Shown: positions 20,085 to 30,723 of the stretch, piece after piece | How the letters are laid out: each line of letters begins with the position of its first letter | Numbering within the stretch: position 1 is the stretch's first letter | From: Acidobacteriota bacterium | Lineage (GTDB): Bacteria; Acidobacteriota; UBA890; WLXD01 | Assembly (NCBI GenBank): GCA_963666215.2 | Contig: CAXWPL010000002.1 | Location: forward strand, 160,001 to 224,000 | Direction of reading: 5' to 3' | Length of the DNA stretch: 64,000 nt | Translations under genes and position numbers: made by a program | The notes under the pieces: generated by a model | Told to the model about the DNA's origin: nothing | Databases searched by the model: none | Seen by the model: the letters and a program-made list of their open reading frames with translations, nothing else

Positions 20085-21074
20085 CTAGACCCCCGCCTGA
20101 GAGAGGAGTGGCTCCCACCAGCTTCGGTTGTTTCGGTACCAATCGATTGTTTGAGCGAGGCCATCGTCGAACGAGGTCTCCGGGCGCCAGCCCAGATCGC
20201 GCAGCCGTCCCGCGTTGATCGCATAGCGGCGGTCGTGCCCGGGACGGTCACTCGTTGGCCGAATCAAATTGGCACTCGCTCCGGCGAGCTCACAGATGCG
20301 CGCCGCCACGTCGCGGTTCTCGCGTTCCTGTTCGCGGGCGATGTTATACACGTCTCCAGGGCTCGCGTTTTCCGCGATGTGAATCAGTGCCGATACACCG
20401 TCGGCGACGTACAGCCAGTCGCGCTGCTGCCGCCCGTCGCCATACAGCGGGATGAGCTGCTCGCGGAGCGCCGACAGCACGCAGACGGGGATGAACTTCT
20501 CGATGTGCTGGCGCGGGCCGAAGTGATTGCTGGGGCGAACGACCACGGTCGGCAGCCCGTGTGTGTGCGCGTAGGCGCGGGCCAGCATGTCGCCCCCGGC
20601 CTTGCTCGCACTATAGGGATTGCGCGGTGTGAGCGGCGCCTCCTCGTCCACTCGGCCCAACCCGATCTCGCCGTAGACCTCGTCGGTCGAGATGTGGACG
20701 ATGAGCTCGGGGTGCCGCTGTCGAGCGGCTTCGAAGAGCACCGCCGTTCCCACAACGTCGGTTCGCGCGAACGGTACCCCTGCCTCGATGGAGCGGTCGA
20801 CGTGCGTTTCGGCGGCCAGATGGAAGACGACGTCGGCCTCAGCGACCACCGACTCGACAGCCACGCGGTCGCAAACGTCGGCGTGAACGAAGCGGTGCCG
20901 CGGGTTGTTTTCCACCTCGTGGAGGTTGGCGAGATTGCCGGCGTAGGTGAGAGCGTCGAGCGTGATCACGCGACAGCCCGGACGCTCAGATAGCAGCGCA
21001 CGTACAAGATGCGAGCCGATGAATCCGGCGCCGCCGGTCACCAGAATCGTATGGTCGTCGAGCGACAGGCTCAT
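20085..21074 (-). CDS. rfbB: dTDP-glucose 4,6-dehydratase
   Basis: TGGAGFIG, DALTYAGN, AAETHVDRSI, STDEVYG, YSASK, RPGHDRRY. Confidence 0.95.
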   Translation of the reverse strand: MSLSLDDHTILVTGGAGFIGSHLVRALLSERPGCRVITLDALTYAGNLANLHEVENNPRHRFVHADVCDRVAVESVVAEADVVFHLAAETHVDRSIEAGVPFARTDVVGTAVLFEAARQRHPELIVHISTDEVYGEIGLGRVDEEAPLTPRNPYSASKAGGDMLARAYAHTHGLPTVVVRPSNHFGPRQHIEKFIPVCVLSALREQLIPLYGDGRQQRDWLYVADGVSALIHIAENASPGDVYNIAREQERENRDVAARICELAGASANLIRPTSDRPGHDRRYAINAGRLRDLGWRPETSFDDGLAQTIDWYRNNRSWWEPLLSQAGV

Positions 21075-22210
21075 TCGCCAATTCCAATCGTGCACGAGTC
21101 GCCAACGACCAGATGGTGGCGCGGCTGCGCGCGCACACTCTCGCCGTCGGATGCTACCTGCGCACCGTGTCGATGGGCGCCAGCTTGATCTCGATTGCCG
21201 CTGACTCGCGTGTGGCGCCCAATCAGGCTATCAACAACGCGACCCTGCAGGCCTCTCACCTGCGCGCCGCGGAGCAGGATGCTGTGCTCGATATGCGCGT
21301 TCTCGACCACGACGTCGGCTGCAATCGAGGCGTAAGGGCCGACGCGGGCATGGCTCAGACGGGCGCCGGCACCGATGACCACCGGACCACGGACGACGCA
21401 GCTTTCGATGCTGGCGCCCGACTCCAGCACGACGACGCCTTCGACGCTCGAGTCATGGTCGATGCTGCCGTCGATGCGGCGCTCGAAGCCGTCGAGCACG
21501 ACTCGGTTGGCCTCGAGGAGGTCCTCGGGCTTACCGGTATCCTTCCACCAGCCGCGCACGAGGCGCGAATCAACGCGGTCGCCCCGGTCGATCAGTGCCT
21601 GGATCGCGTCTGTGATCTCGAGCTCTCCGCGCCCGGAGGGTCGGATCGTCTCGATAGCCTCGAAGATGGAGCGATCGAACAGGTAGACGCCCACCAACGC
21701 CAAATCGGAGCGCGGCTCGCTGGGCTTTTCGACCAGGCGGACGATCCTATCGGGCTCGTTTGGATCGAGCTCGGCAACTCCGAAGCGCTCCGGATGCGGG
21801 ACGCGCGCCAGCAGAATCTGGGCGCGGGCATCGTTTTCGGCGAAGCCCTCGGCGACCTCACGGACGCCGTCGCGCAGGATGTTGTCGCCGAGGTAGACCA
21901 CAAACGGATCGTCGCCAACGAAGTCACGGGCGATCTTCACGGCGTGTGCCAGGCCCAGCGGCGCCTCCTGCGGAATATAGGTGGCGCGCATCCCCCAGCG
22001 TGAGCCATCGCCCACGGCCGCTTCGATCTCCAACGCGGTGTCGCCCACCACGATGCCGACATCGCGGATCCCGGCATTGGCCAGCTGTTCGAGCCCGTAG
22101 AACAGCACGGGCTTGTTCGCCACAGGAATGAGTTGCTTGGCCTGCGTGTGCGTCAGCGGTCGCAGGCGTGTTCCAGCACCGCCAGATAGCACAAGTCCCT
22201 TCATCGTCAT
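21071..22210 (-). CDS. rfbA: Glucose-1-phosphate thymidylyltransferase (long form)
   Basis: GGAGTRLRPLT, KQLIPVANKP, RGELEITDA, WWKDTG, C-terminal hexapeptide repeats. Confidence 0.92.
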   Translation of the reverse strand: MTMKGLVLSGGAGTRLRPLTHTQAKQLIPVANKPVLFYGLEQLANAGIRDVGIVVGDTALEIEAAVGDGSRWGMRATYIPQEAPLGLAHAVKIARDFVGDDPFVVYLGDNILRDGVREVAEGFAENDARAQILLARVPHPERFGVAELDPNEPDRIVRLVEKPSEPRSDLALVGVYLFDRSIFEAIETIRPSGRGELEITDAIQALIDRGDRVDSRLVRGWWKDTGKPEDLLEANRVVLDGFERRIDGSIDHDSSVEGVVVLESGASIESCVVRGPVVIGAGARLSHARVGPYASIAADVVVENAHIEHSILLRGAQVRGLQGRVVDSLIGRHTRVSGNRDQAGAHRHGAQVASDGESVRAQPRHHLVVGDSCTIGIGE

Positions 22211-22283
22211 CTACGGGCTCGCCGAGCGGGGTGCGGAGTGCGGGGAGGGGCGCGGGGTGCTGGGCAGTCGCAGCCAGGGAAGC

Positions 22284-24833
22284 CTAGCGCCGCTGCGTCT
22301 CGAAGCCGATGTCCTTGCCTACCTGGGCGAGGTTGAGCAGGAAGGTGAACTGATTCTCTAGGCGGTCGGCGAAGTTGAAGCGGCGGAAGTTCACGCCGAG
22401 CGAGCAGCACTGTAGGTTCCACGCAAGCGAGCCGCCGGCTGTGCGTAGCTCGTCGGCGGTGAGGTCCATCTGCAGCTGCCCGCCGAGAGTAAGGTGCTGG
22501 CCGAACAGGTCGACCTGGCCGTTCGCCTCGATCGTGCTCGAGCTCGGCTCGATCAGGACCTGAGTCAGATCGAAGGGGTCGCGCAGCGCGAAGGAGCGCC
22601 GCGACCAGCCCACCCGAAGCCTGTCTTTCTCACCGTTCAGGGTGGCCCCCACGCGGATGTTGGCAGGCTGTAGCCCCGGGGTGAAGTCGAACTGGCTGTC
22701 GAGCGCCACTCGGGCGCTCGGCCGCAGTCGGAAACGCATGGTGTAGGGCAGCAGGATCCGCGGCGCTCCGATCGCTTCGAGGCTTTCGTCACTCAGAGGG
22801 TCGAGGTCGAACGTGCGGGCGACGGTGATTTCGCCCACTTCCCACACCTGACGCTCGTCGTCGCGTGGTGAGTTGAAGCGCTTCGCGAACAGCCGAGTGG
22901 TGAGCTCAGCGACCAGCTGTTGCTGATCGCGCACGCGGCTGTCGATATCGTCGAAGTCGATGATGCGGCCCTCGATGTCGAGCTGTCCCACAGGACGTAC
23001 CCGGCGATACGTGAGGCGCGGCTGAATCAGGTGCTTGAATCGCGGCGAGTACTCCATGCCCGGTGTCTCGACGATCTTGAAGAACGACGGACCGACCAGC
23101 TCGACGCCGGTCTGGAACGACTGGCGGAACGCGGTCTCCTCGAGCAGTGTGCCGTCTTTGTCGGCGGTGTTCGTGTAGTAGGTCGACCTCAGGCGCGCGA
23201 ACGGCTTGAAGGTGAGCCACGGAATCTGCGTCAGCGCCACCACGACATCTGGCGAAACATTGAACCGACCGTAGGAGCCGCCGATTTGAGTGTCGGTGGA
23301 GTCGTCGCGCACGAACTTCTCGAACCGACCTACCGACGTCGCCAGGCCGACGTAAACGGGGCCGGCAACCTGGGTGCTGCGCAGCTGATAGTCGATCTCG
23401 GGGAGCCGACGACCGATGTTCGATCGTGTGTTGGTGAAGAAGCTCTCACGCTGATCGACGACGACGGTCAACGTGCTCGATCCCCAGCTCTTGAGGATGT
23501 TGGCCGAGACGATCGAGTCGCGCTGGAGGAAGCGACTCACGTCGTCGCGGATGCCGCGAGCGAACTCCGTGCTGGTGAGGAAATCGGCGCGCGCGCGTAG
23601 GGCGAAGCCTCCGGGCAGCGCCTGCAGGTGCTGCCCGCGCACGCTCCAGCCCGACGCGAATGAGCGTTCGCCGAGCGCCTTCTCCTCGGGCGTCACCTGG
23701 CGGCCGCTCAGGTGATAGAGGCGCACGTATCCGTTAGAACCCTCGCTCAACGAGTGACGGAATTCGGCGGCGTAGGCGTTGCCGGCACTCGCGAAGCGCT
23801 CGTACGTGAGACTCACATCGGCGCTCCTGCCAAGGGTCGCGAAGAACGTCTGCGAGACCATGAAGCCGCGTAGGTTCGACACCCCGATGCTGGGCAGCAG
23901 GAGGCCGGTCTGCCGATGGGTGTCTTGAAGTGGCCAGTACAGGTACGGAAGTCCGATGATGGGAATTCCCTTCACACGCACGTTCGGCAGGCTCATGCTG
24001 ACGTGATGGCCGGGCTGAAAAACCATGGTGCGGGCGCGGAATTCCCAAATCGCCGAGGTCTGGTTGCACGGAGTCACCCTGCCCTTGTGAAGCCTGAACT
24101 TGCCGGGTTCGAGCTGTTCTACGCGCTCGGCGCGGAGGTAGAAGTCGCCAGCCGGTCCTTGAGCGATCCCCACCATGTCGAGCATCGTGAGCGTCTGGTC
24201 GTCGAGGTCGCCCTCCATGCTGGAGCCGTTGAGCAGCAGTTCCTTCTGCTCGAACGACACGTTGCCGGTCGCGGCGAAGATCTTCGTATCGGTATCGAAG
24301 CTGAGCTCGTCAGCGAGCAGCCGGACCCCGTGTTCGCTGTCGCTCAGATCGACGTCGCCGATCAGCGTGAACGTCGTGCCTTCGATGGCGATCGAATCCG
24401 AGCGGAGCTCGATGTTCTCGAGCCCGGGGAAGCCGGCGAGGCCCGCGAGCCCACCGGTGGGCTCCTGCTGCGCTTGCCTGGCCGGCGGCTCGGGAGGAGG
24501 TTCGGCCATGGGTTCCGCTGCGACCGCACCAGCAATCCCGAGTGAGGCTACCAGCAGGGCCGCGCAGCTTGGGGAGGAGGCGACGCTCACACGGAAGGCA
24601 TCTGGGTGTACGCCCCTCGCCGCGGCGCGAAAATGAGGCTGTGACATGCAGGGCCGGTCCATTGTGTCGACAGATTGTGTCGACAGATCGGGTCGATTCG
24701 TCAGGCTGCGGGCGGGTGGACTCATTGTAGCGGTTCGCCGGGCCTGCGGCCGCGCGGCTGGCTCGATGAGCGACGACGCAGCGGGATCCGTAGGAGATCT
24801 GGCGGCCTGTCTCGTCTGATCTCGCCGCGTCAC
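22284..24833 (-). CDS. lptD: LPS assembly protein LptD (true start probably further 3')
   Basis: OstA-like N domain, TPC..W, RQTGLLLP, C-terminal QCCS and barrel strands. Confidence 0.85.
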   Translation of the reverse strand: MTRRDQTRQAARSPTDPAASSLIEPAARPQARRTATMSPPARSLTNRPDLSTQSVDTMDRPCMSQPHFRAAARGVHPDAFRVSVASSPSCAALLVASLGIAGAVAAEPMAEPPPEPPARQAQQEPTGGLAGLAGFPGLENIELRSDSIAIEGTTFTLIGDVDLSDSEHGVRLLADELSFDTDTKIFAATGNVSFEQKELLLNGSSMEGDLDDQTLTMLDMVGIAQGPAGDFYLRAERVEQLEPGKFRLHKGRVTPCNQTSAIWEFRARTMVFQPGHHVSMSLPNVRVKGIPIIGLPYLYWPLQDTHRQTGLLLPSIGVSNLRGFMVSQTFFATLGRSADVSLTYERFASAGNAYAAEFRHSLSEGSNGYVRLYHLSGRQVTPEEKALGERSFASGWSVRGQHLQALPGGFALRARADFLTSTEFARGIRDDVSRFLQRDSIVSANILKSWGSSTLTVVVDQRESFFTNTRSNIGRRLPEIDYQLRSTQVAGPVYVGLATSVGRFEKFVRDDSTDTQIGGSYGRFNVSPDVVVALTQIPWLTFKPFARLRSTYYTNTADKDGTLLEETAFRQSFQTGVELVGPSFFKIVETPGMEYSPRFKHLIQPRLTYRRVRPVGQLDIEGRIIDFDDIDSRVRDQQQLVAELTTRLFAKRFNSPRDDERQVWEVGEITVARTFDLDPLSDESLEAIGAPRILLPYTMRFRLRPSARVALDSQFDFTPGLQPANIRVGATLNGEKDRLRVGWSRRSFALRDPFDLTQVLIEPSSSTIEANGQVDLFGQHLTLGGQLQMDLTADELRTAGGSLAWNLQCCSLGVNFRRFNFADRLENQFTFLLNLAQVGKDIGFETQRR

Positions 24834-26281
24834 CCTGGCAATGAGTCCAGTGAGTCTCTCGATTCGAGCAAAGGTCGCAGTCGACCCACAAGGTAGAGCG
24901 ATCCGGTTACGCAGACGACGTCATGAACCTCGGCCCCGCGCAGCGCTTCGAAGAACGCCGCGTCAGGGTCGTCGATGGCGACGATCTCCGGTGGAGAGTC
25001 GCCAAGGCTCGCCGCCGCGATCGCCGCCAGCTCTGCCGCCGTCGCGGCGCGTGGGGACGTGGCTCGCGTGGTGATGACGCGGGTGGCGAGCGGAAACAGC
25101 TGCGCCGTCATGCCCTCGATGTCCTTGTCGGCCATCGCTCCAAAGAGAAGGTGGAGCTGCGGTGTTCCTCTGTTCGCGGTGTTCTCGGCTGGTTTTCCGG
25201 CGGCCGAGTTGCCCGTATCGGCGGTCGGCTCAGGCTGTGCAGCGGCGCCGAGGGCTTCGCGTAGATAGTTGGCCAGAACCGTCGCGGCCGCCGGGTTGTG
25301 GGCGCCATCGAAAAGAACCGCCGGTGCGCCTTCGATCCACTCACAGCGGCCGGGCAAACGCGCGCGCCTGAGTCCTGCCCAAATGGCGTCCGAGCCGAGG
25401 CGGAGGCGATGTCGATCGAGCGCTTCTGCGGCGAGCACCGCACAACGCGCGTTGTCGAGCTGGTGCCGGCCGGGCATGGCGAGCTCCAGTCCGCTGTAGG
25501 AGCGCATTCGCGCGTCGAGATCGAAGGAGCATCGCACTCGGTTGTCAATCTCGCGCAGCGGCATCGCGTAGCGATCGGCATGTACAAGCGTCGCGCCGCG
25601 CTCCAGGGCGAGCGTTTCGAGATGTGCTGCAACCTCTGGCTGTTGCGGCGCGAGGATCGCCAGGCCGCCCGCAGGTACGACGGCGAACTTCTCGGTGGCG
25701 ATCCGTAGCAGGTCATCGCCGAGCCAATCTGTGTGGTCGACGGCGATTGGTGTAATGATCGCCACCCGTGGTCGCGTGACGTTGGTGGCGTCGAGTCGTC
25801 CGCCGAGTCCCACCTCGAGAACCACGAGCTCCACACGGGTCTCGGCGAAGGCGCGGAAGGCGGCGGCGGTCAGCAGTTCGAAGTAACTCGGATACGGCTC
25901 GAGGTGCCCGGATGCCTGGAGCCTATCGGCGGCGGCGAACACCGCGCGCAGCTGCGACTCGAGCGCGTCGTGCGAGATGGGATGGCCACCGATGCTGACG
26001 CGTTCCTCGAGCTGCGACAGATGCGGAGAGCTGTACGTGCCAACGCTGATACCCGCCGCATCGGCAATCGCGGCGAGCATCGTCGCCGTCGAGCTCTTGC
26101 CGTTGGTTCCGGCGACGATCGCCGTCGGGTAGGCGAGATGTGGATTGTCGAGAGCCTCGAGCAGCTTCTCGACGCGCTCCAGGCCGGGTGTGATGCTGCC
26201 GCTACCGATGGACTCGAGGCGCTCGAAGACCCCGAACATGTCGCGACGCTGTTCCGCTTCGCTGAAGGGAAACTCCGGCAT
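24830..26281 (-). CDS. folC: Folylpolyglutamate/dihydrofolate synthase
   Basis: AGTNGKSS, SSPHL, EVGLGGRLDATN, DGAHNP, TGSLYLVG. Confidence 0.97.
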   Translation of the reverse strand: MPEFPFSEAEQRRDMFGVFERLESIGSGSITPGLERVEKLLEALDNPHLAYPTAIVAGTNGKSSTATMLAAIADAAGISVGTYSSPHLSQLEERVSIGGHPISHDALESQLRAVFAAADRLQASGHLEPYPSYFELLTAAAFRAFAETRVELVVLEVGLGGRLDATNVTRPRVAIITPIAVDHTDWLGDDLLRIATEKFAVVPAGGLAILAPQQPEVAAHLETLALERGATLVHADRYAMPLREIDNRVRCSFDLDARMRSYSGLELAMPGRHQLDNARCAVLAAEALDRHRLRLGSDAIWAGLRRARLPGRCEWIEGAPAVLFDGAHNPAAATVLANYLREALGAAAQPEPTADTGNSAAGKPAENTANRGTPQLHLLFGAMADKDIEGMTAQLFPLATRVITTRATSPRAATAAELAAIAAASLGDSPPEIVAIDDPDAAFFEALRGAEVHDVVCVTGSLYLVGRLRPLLESRDSLDSLPG

Positions 26282-26412
26282 GCCCCGATTCTCGACGTTT
26301 CTGGGTGTGCTGCTGCCCGTAACTCGGAAAGCCCGTCTGCCGGTTATCTGTCGCTCGCGGTTGGCGGCGCGACTTAGCCGCTGCCGCTTCCCCGAGCCAC
26401 CTTTAGAGACGT

Positions 26413-27336
26413 TCAGTCGGCGCCGTGCTCCGCCACCGCGGGGTGTAGGTGAATCTTGGCGACCCCGCGCTCGTCGCTTGCTGCCGCTGAGCGGCCGGTA
26501 AGGAGACGTAGAACGCGCTCCAGCGTCGACTTGAGCTCGCTACGCTCGACAACCATATCGAGCATTCCGTTCTTCACAAGGAACTCGCTACGCTGGAAGC
26601 CCTCCGGCAGCTTCTCGCGAATGGTCTGCTCGATGACGCGTGGTCCGGCGAAGCCGATGAGCGCGCGCGGCTCTGCGATGTTCAGGTCGCCCAGCATGGC
26701 AAACGAGGCGGTGACGCCGCCCGTCGTCGGGTCGGTGAGCACGGAGATGAAAGGAAGGGCGGCTTCATCGAGGCGCGCTAGAGCCGCCGAGATCTTCGCC
26801 ATCTGCATAAGCGACTGTGTCCCTTCTTGCATTCGCGCGCCGCCAGAGCACGAGACGATGACAACCGGCATCCGCCGGCTGAGCGCGTGCTCGATGGCTC
26901 GAGTGATCTTCTCGCCTACAACCGAGCCCATGCTGCCGCCCATGAAGCCATACTCCATGGCGGCGATCGTCAGTGGCATGCCGCCCAGCCTGCCCTCGGC
27001 GGTGATCACCGCGTCCTTGAGGCCGCTGCGTTCCTGATAGTCGGCGATGCGGTCGCGGTAGCGTTTGGTGTCGACGAATGCCAGGCTGTCAACCGGTCTC
27101 AGCTCCGGATCGAGCTCCTGCCAGCGGTCGTCATCAAACAGGAGCGTCAGCCGCTCGCGGGCCGATATGCGAAAGTGATAACCGCATTTCGGGCACACAC
27201 TGTTGTTCTCGCGGATTTCCTTCTCGTAGACGATCTCGCGGCAGTTGGCGCACTTCTTCCACAGCCCGGCGGGGATGTCGAGCTTGCGCTCCCCCACGGG
27301 GCGTTTGGCGCGCCGTTGCTTGCGGAACCAGGCCAT
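26413..27336 (-). CDS. accD: Acetyl-CoA carboxylase carboxyltransferase beta
   Basis: C4 zinc finger, GGSMGSVVGEK, SGGARMQEG, PTTGGVTASF. Confidence 0.98.
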   Translation of the reverse strand: MAWFRKQRRAKRPVGERKLDIPAGLWKKCANCREIVYEKEIRENNSVCPKCGYHFRISARERLTLLFDDDRWQELDPELRPVDSLAFVDTKRYRDRIADYQERSGLKDAVITAEGRLGGMPLTIAAMEYGFMGGSMGSVVGEKITRAIEHALSRRMPVVIVSCSGGARMQEGTQSLMQMAKISAALARLDEAALPFISVLTDPTTGGVTASFAMLGDLNIAEPRALIGFAGPRVIEQTIREKLPEGFQRSEFLVKNGMLDMVVERSELKSTLERVLRLLTGRSAAASDERGVAKIHLHPAVAEHGAD

Positions 27337-27506
27337 CGTTAGTGTCTCGTGGGCGAGCCGCGTTTCGGACTGGAGGGGTAAAAGGAGGGTCGTAGGCGCA
27401 TCCTAGCGATACCCCCGGAGGGGCGTCAACCGAACGTCGAGCGCTCAGAGTACCCGCGAAGCTCTGTAAACGGGCCGAAACCCCAGCAGAACTCAACAGG
27501 CAGGCG

Positions 27507-28577
27507 ATGATCAATCCGATCGTGTGGACAGACGAGGCTGTGGTGCTGCTTGACCAGCGGGCGCTGCCCGAGGTCGAGACCTATGTCGAGCTCCACGAGC
27601 TCGACGAGGTCATCGCGGCGATTCGGGATCTCGTCGTGCGTGGCGCGCCGGCGATCGGCGTCACCGCGGCGATGGGGCTGGCGCAAGCTGTGCGCAAGAT
27701 GCCCCTGGACGTGTCGGGTTTCACGACGGCTTTCGACGCTGCCTGCGTGAGCATGGAGGCGGCGCGGCCGACTGCCGTGAATTTGGCTTGGGCGGTGCGT
27801 CGGCTCCGGCGGTTGGTGGAGCGACATCTCGACGAAGGTATTCCGGCGGTGTGCGCGCGTATGGAAAAGGAGGCGCGCTTCATGCATGCCGAAGACATCG
27901 AAATGAATCGCACAATGGGCAGGCATGGGTCGGTTCTGGTGCCGGCCGAGGCCTGCGTGCTGACGCACTGCAACGCTGGAGCTCTCGCCACGGCCGGCTA
28001 CGGGACGGCGCTCGGCGTTGTGCGCGCCGCGGTCGAGGAAGGCAAGAAGGTCAGCGTGATGGCCGATGAGACGCGTCCGTTCCTGCAGGGGGCTCGGCTG
28101 ACGGCTTGGGAGATGCAGCGCGACGGCATCCCCTGCACGGTGATCACCGACAACATGGCCGGCCACTTGATGAGCCGTGGCGACGTCGATCTGGTCGTGG
28201 TGGGCTCCGACCGAATCGCGGCCAACGGCGACGTCGCCAACAAGATCGGCACGTACACAGTTGCCGTGCTGGCGCGCGAGCACGGCATTCCGTTCTATGT
28301 CGCTGCTCCCACGAGCACCGTCGATCTCGCCGCCGTCTCCGGCGCGGACATTCCAATCGAGGAACGCTCGGGCGAGGAGGTCGTGGTGATCGACGGCAAG
28401 CGCATCGCACCCGTGGGCGTGCCGGCTCTCTACCCGGCGTTCGACATCACCCCTGCAAAGCTTGTCGATGCAATCGTCACCGAGGAAGGCGTGGCGCGGG
28501 CGCCCTACACCGAGAGTCTGCGCGCCTGTTGCGATGCGTCGGCGGCACGCACAGAGCAACGCGAAGCTGCCAGCTAG
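27507..28577 (+). CDS. mtnA: S-methyl-5-thioribose-1-phosphate isomerase
   Basis: VRGAPAIG, RPTAVNL, THCNAGALAT, ETRPFLQGARLT, ANKIGTY. Confidence 0.97.
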   Translation: MINPIVWTDEAVVLLDQRALPEVETYVELHELDEVIAAIRDLVVRGAPAIGVTAAMGLAQAVRKMPLDVSGFTTAFDAACVSMEAARPTAVNLAWAVRRLRRLVERHLDEGIPAVCARMEKEARFMHAEDIEMNRTMGRHGSVLVPAEACVLTHCNAGALATAGYGTALGVVRAAVEEGKKVSVMADETRPFLQGARLTAWEMQRDGIPCTVITDNMAGHLMSRGDVDLVVVGSDRIAANGDVANKIGTYTVAVLAREHGIPFYVAAPTSTVDLAAVSGADIPIEERSGEEVVVIDGKRIAPVGVPALYPAFDITPAKLVDAIVTEEGVARAPYTESLRACCDASAARTEQREAAS

Positions 28578-28583
28578 TCGACC

Positions 28584-29795
28584 GTGCTCGTTCTCGGCAT
28601 CGAGACCTCGTGCGACGACACCGCAGCCGCGGTGGTAGCGGGCGGTTCGCGGGTGCTGAGCAGCGTCGTCCACACGCAGCTCGAGCATCGCGAGTACGGC
28701 GGCGTGGTGCCGGAGATCGCGGCGCGGCGTCACATCGAGCTGCTGCCACTGGTCGTTGCGCGTGCGCTCGAGCAAGCCGCGGTCACGGCCGACGACATCG
28801 AGGCGGTGGCGGTCACGCGGGGTCCCGGCTTGATCGGGGCGCTACTTTGCGGCTGGTGCTACGGCAAGGCTTGGGCGGGCGCTCGAGGCTTGCCCTATGT
28901 TGGCGTTCACCACCTCGCGGCGCATATTCACGCTGCGCTGATGCCACTCCTCGCTGACGGTGCGGCGCCCGAAATCGGACTGCCCGATCCGTTGTTGGCG
29001 CTGGTCGTTTCCGGAGGTCATACGGCCCTCCATGAAGTCTGGACCGATGCCTCGCCGAAGTATCGACTGCTCGGCCAGACCCGCGATGATGCGGTTGGCG
29101 AAGCGTTCGACAAGGTGGCGAAGATGCTCGGCCTGGGGTATCCGGGCGGGCCGGCGATCGACGCGTTGGCCGAGCGCGGCGATCCGACCGCCTTCGCCCT
29201 GCCGCGGCCGCGGTTGGGGGTGGAGTTCTCGTTCTCGGGACTCAAGACGGCGGTGCGGCGCCTGGCGATTGAGCGCGGGTGTCTGGTGGAGGCGCCTCGC
29301 GTGCCCCGCAAGTCGCGCCGTGGCCGGCAAGCCGGTCCGACTGACCGCAGCGAAACATCGCTCGAGGCGGCACCGGCGGTAGATCCGGAGCCGGTTGGGG
29401 CACGCTCGGATCAGGCCTGCGCATCCGGCCAGACTCATCCTGGGCAGGTGATCGCCGATTTGGCCGCTTCGTTCCAAGCCGCCGCGGTCGAGAGCTTGGT
29501 CGAAACGACGGCGTACGCGCTCGACTCATACCGCGGCAGGCATGATGGCGGCCAGGACGGCGTGGAAGGCTCTTCGCCACGGGGTCTGGTCCTGGCGGGC
29601 GGCGTGGCGGCAAACTCGTTGCTGCGTCGTCGCATGCAACACTTGGCCACCGACCGTGGACTGCCGCTCATGCGCTCGTCGCCCGAGTTGTCAACCGATA
29701 ATGCGGCCATGATTGCCGGGCAAGGGCACGCCCGGCTATCGCGTGGCGAGAGCGACAGCCGTGACGCCGAGGCGCGAGCTTCCTGGCCCCTCTGA
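28584..29795 (+). CDS. tsaD: tRNA t6A37 threonylcarbamoyltransferase
   Basis: GIETSCDDT, GGVVPEIAAR, SGGHT, DDAVGEAFDK, FSFSGLKTA, TDNAAMI. Confidence 0.96.
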   Translation: MLVLGIETSCDDTAAAVVAGGSRVLSSVVHTQLEHREYGGVVPEIAARRHIELLPLVVARALEQAAVTADDIEAVAVTRGPGLIGALLCGWCYGKAWAGARGLPYVGVHHLAAHIHAALMPLLADGAAPEIGLPDPLLALVVSGGHTALHEVWTDASPKYRLLGQTRDDAVGEAFDKVAKMLGLGYPGGPAIDALAERGDPTAFALPRPRLGVEFSFSGLKTAVRRLAIERGCLVEAPRVPRKSRRGRQAGPTDRSETSLEAAPAVDPEPVGARSDQACASGQTHPGQVIADLAASFQAAAVESLVETTAYALDSYRGRHDGGQDGVEGSSPRGLVLAGGVAANSLLRRRMQHLATDRGLPLMRSSPELSTDNAAMIAGQGHARLSRGESDSRDAEARASWPL

Positions 29796-29984
29796 CCCGA
29801 AGACCGGCGGCATGGTCGGCCACCGGCCCCGCCGCGCATGAGGAGACAACTCCAGCCAGCACGTGCCGCGCTTGTCCGCGATCCGCCGATTCGTCTCCTT
29901 TCGGCCGTAGGCGCCCTGCTAGAATCGGCTTACCATGTCCGCAGTGTCCACAGTTGTCCTGCCTTTGTTGTCCTGCCTTTATCG

Positions 29985-30647
29985 ATGGCTTCCATGCATA
30001 AGTCGACCTTCCGGGAATACCTCGAATCGATCCTGATCGCGGCGATCCTTGCGCTTTTCATCCGTACGTTCGTGTTCCAAGCCTTCAAGATCCCGACCGG
30101 GTCGATGGAACCGAACCTTCTTGTCGGCGACCACATCATCGTCAACAAGTTCGTGTACGGCCCGACCGGCTCGGGCGACGGCGGTCTGCTGGTGCCAACG
30201 GCCGATATCAACCGCGGTGACGTGATCGTCTTCCGCGCGCCGCAGGAGCCCGACAAAGACTTCATCAAGCGGGTGGTCGCGGTGGGCGGCGACAAGGTCG
30301 AGATGCGCAACGGCATCGTGTACGTCAACGACGAGCCGGTCGACGAGCCCTACGCGCACTACACGAATAAGCGCCGTCGGGGGCGGTTCGCGCCGCTGTG
30401 GGTGCCCGAGGACAACTACTACTGTCTGGGCGACAATCGCGATAACAGCCGCGACTCGCGCTACTGGGGGACGGTTCCGCGCGAGCTCGTCAAGGGGAGG
30501 GCGATCCTCGTCTACTGGTCATTCGAGGCGCCCACGAGAACCTTTTTTGTGAGCGGCCTGACGGAACGGCTGGCGAGGCTCGGCCAAGCGGTGCCGGACT
30601 TCTTCACGCAAACGCGATGGAACCGGACGTTCCACATCATTCACTAG
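29985..30647 (+). CDS. lepB: Signal peptidase I
   Basis: IPTGSMEP, FIKRVV, GDNRDNSRDSR. Confidence 0.96.
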   Translation: MASMHKSTFREYLESILIAAILALFIRTFVFQAFKIPTGSMEPNLLVGDHIIVNKFVYGPTGSGDGGLLVPTADINRGDVIVFRAPQEPDKDFIKRVVAVGGDKVEMRNGIVYVNDEPVDEPYAHYTNKRRRGRFAPLWVPEDNYYCLGDNRDNSRDSRYWGTVPRELVKGRAILVYWSFEAPTRTFFVSGLTERLARLGQAVPDFFTQTRWNRTFHIIH

Positions 30648-30723
30648 CGATTCAGAAGTGGGGAGCGATCCGGATCTGCGCGACCGCGCGATCTGCCCGG
30701 TCGCGCGAACAGGGGGAAGTCGC

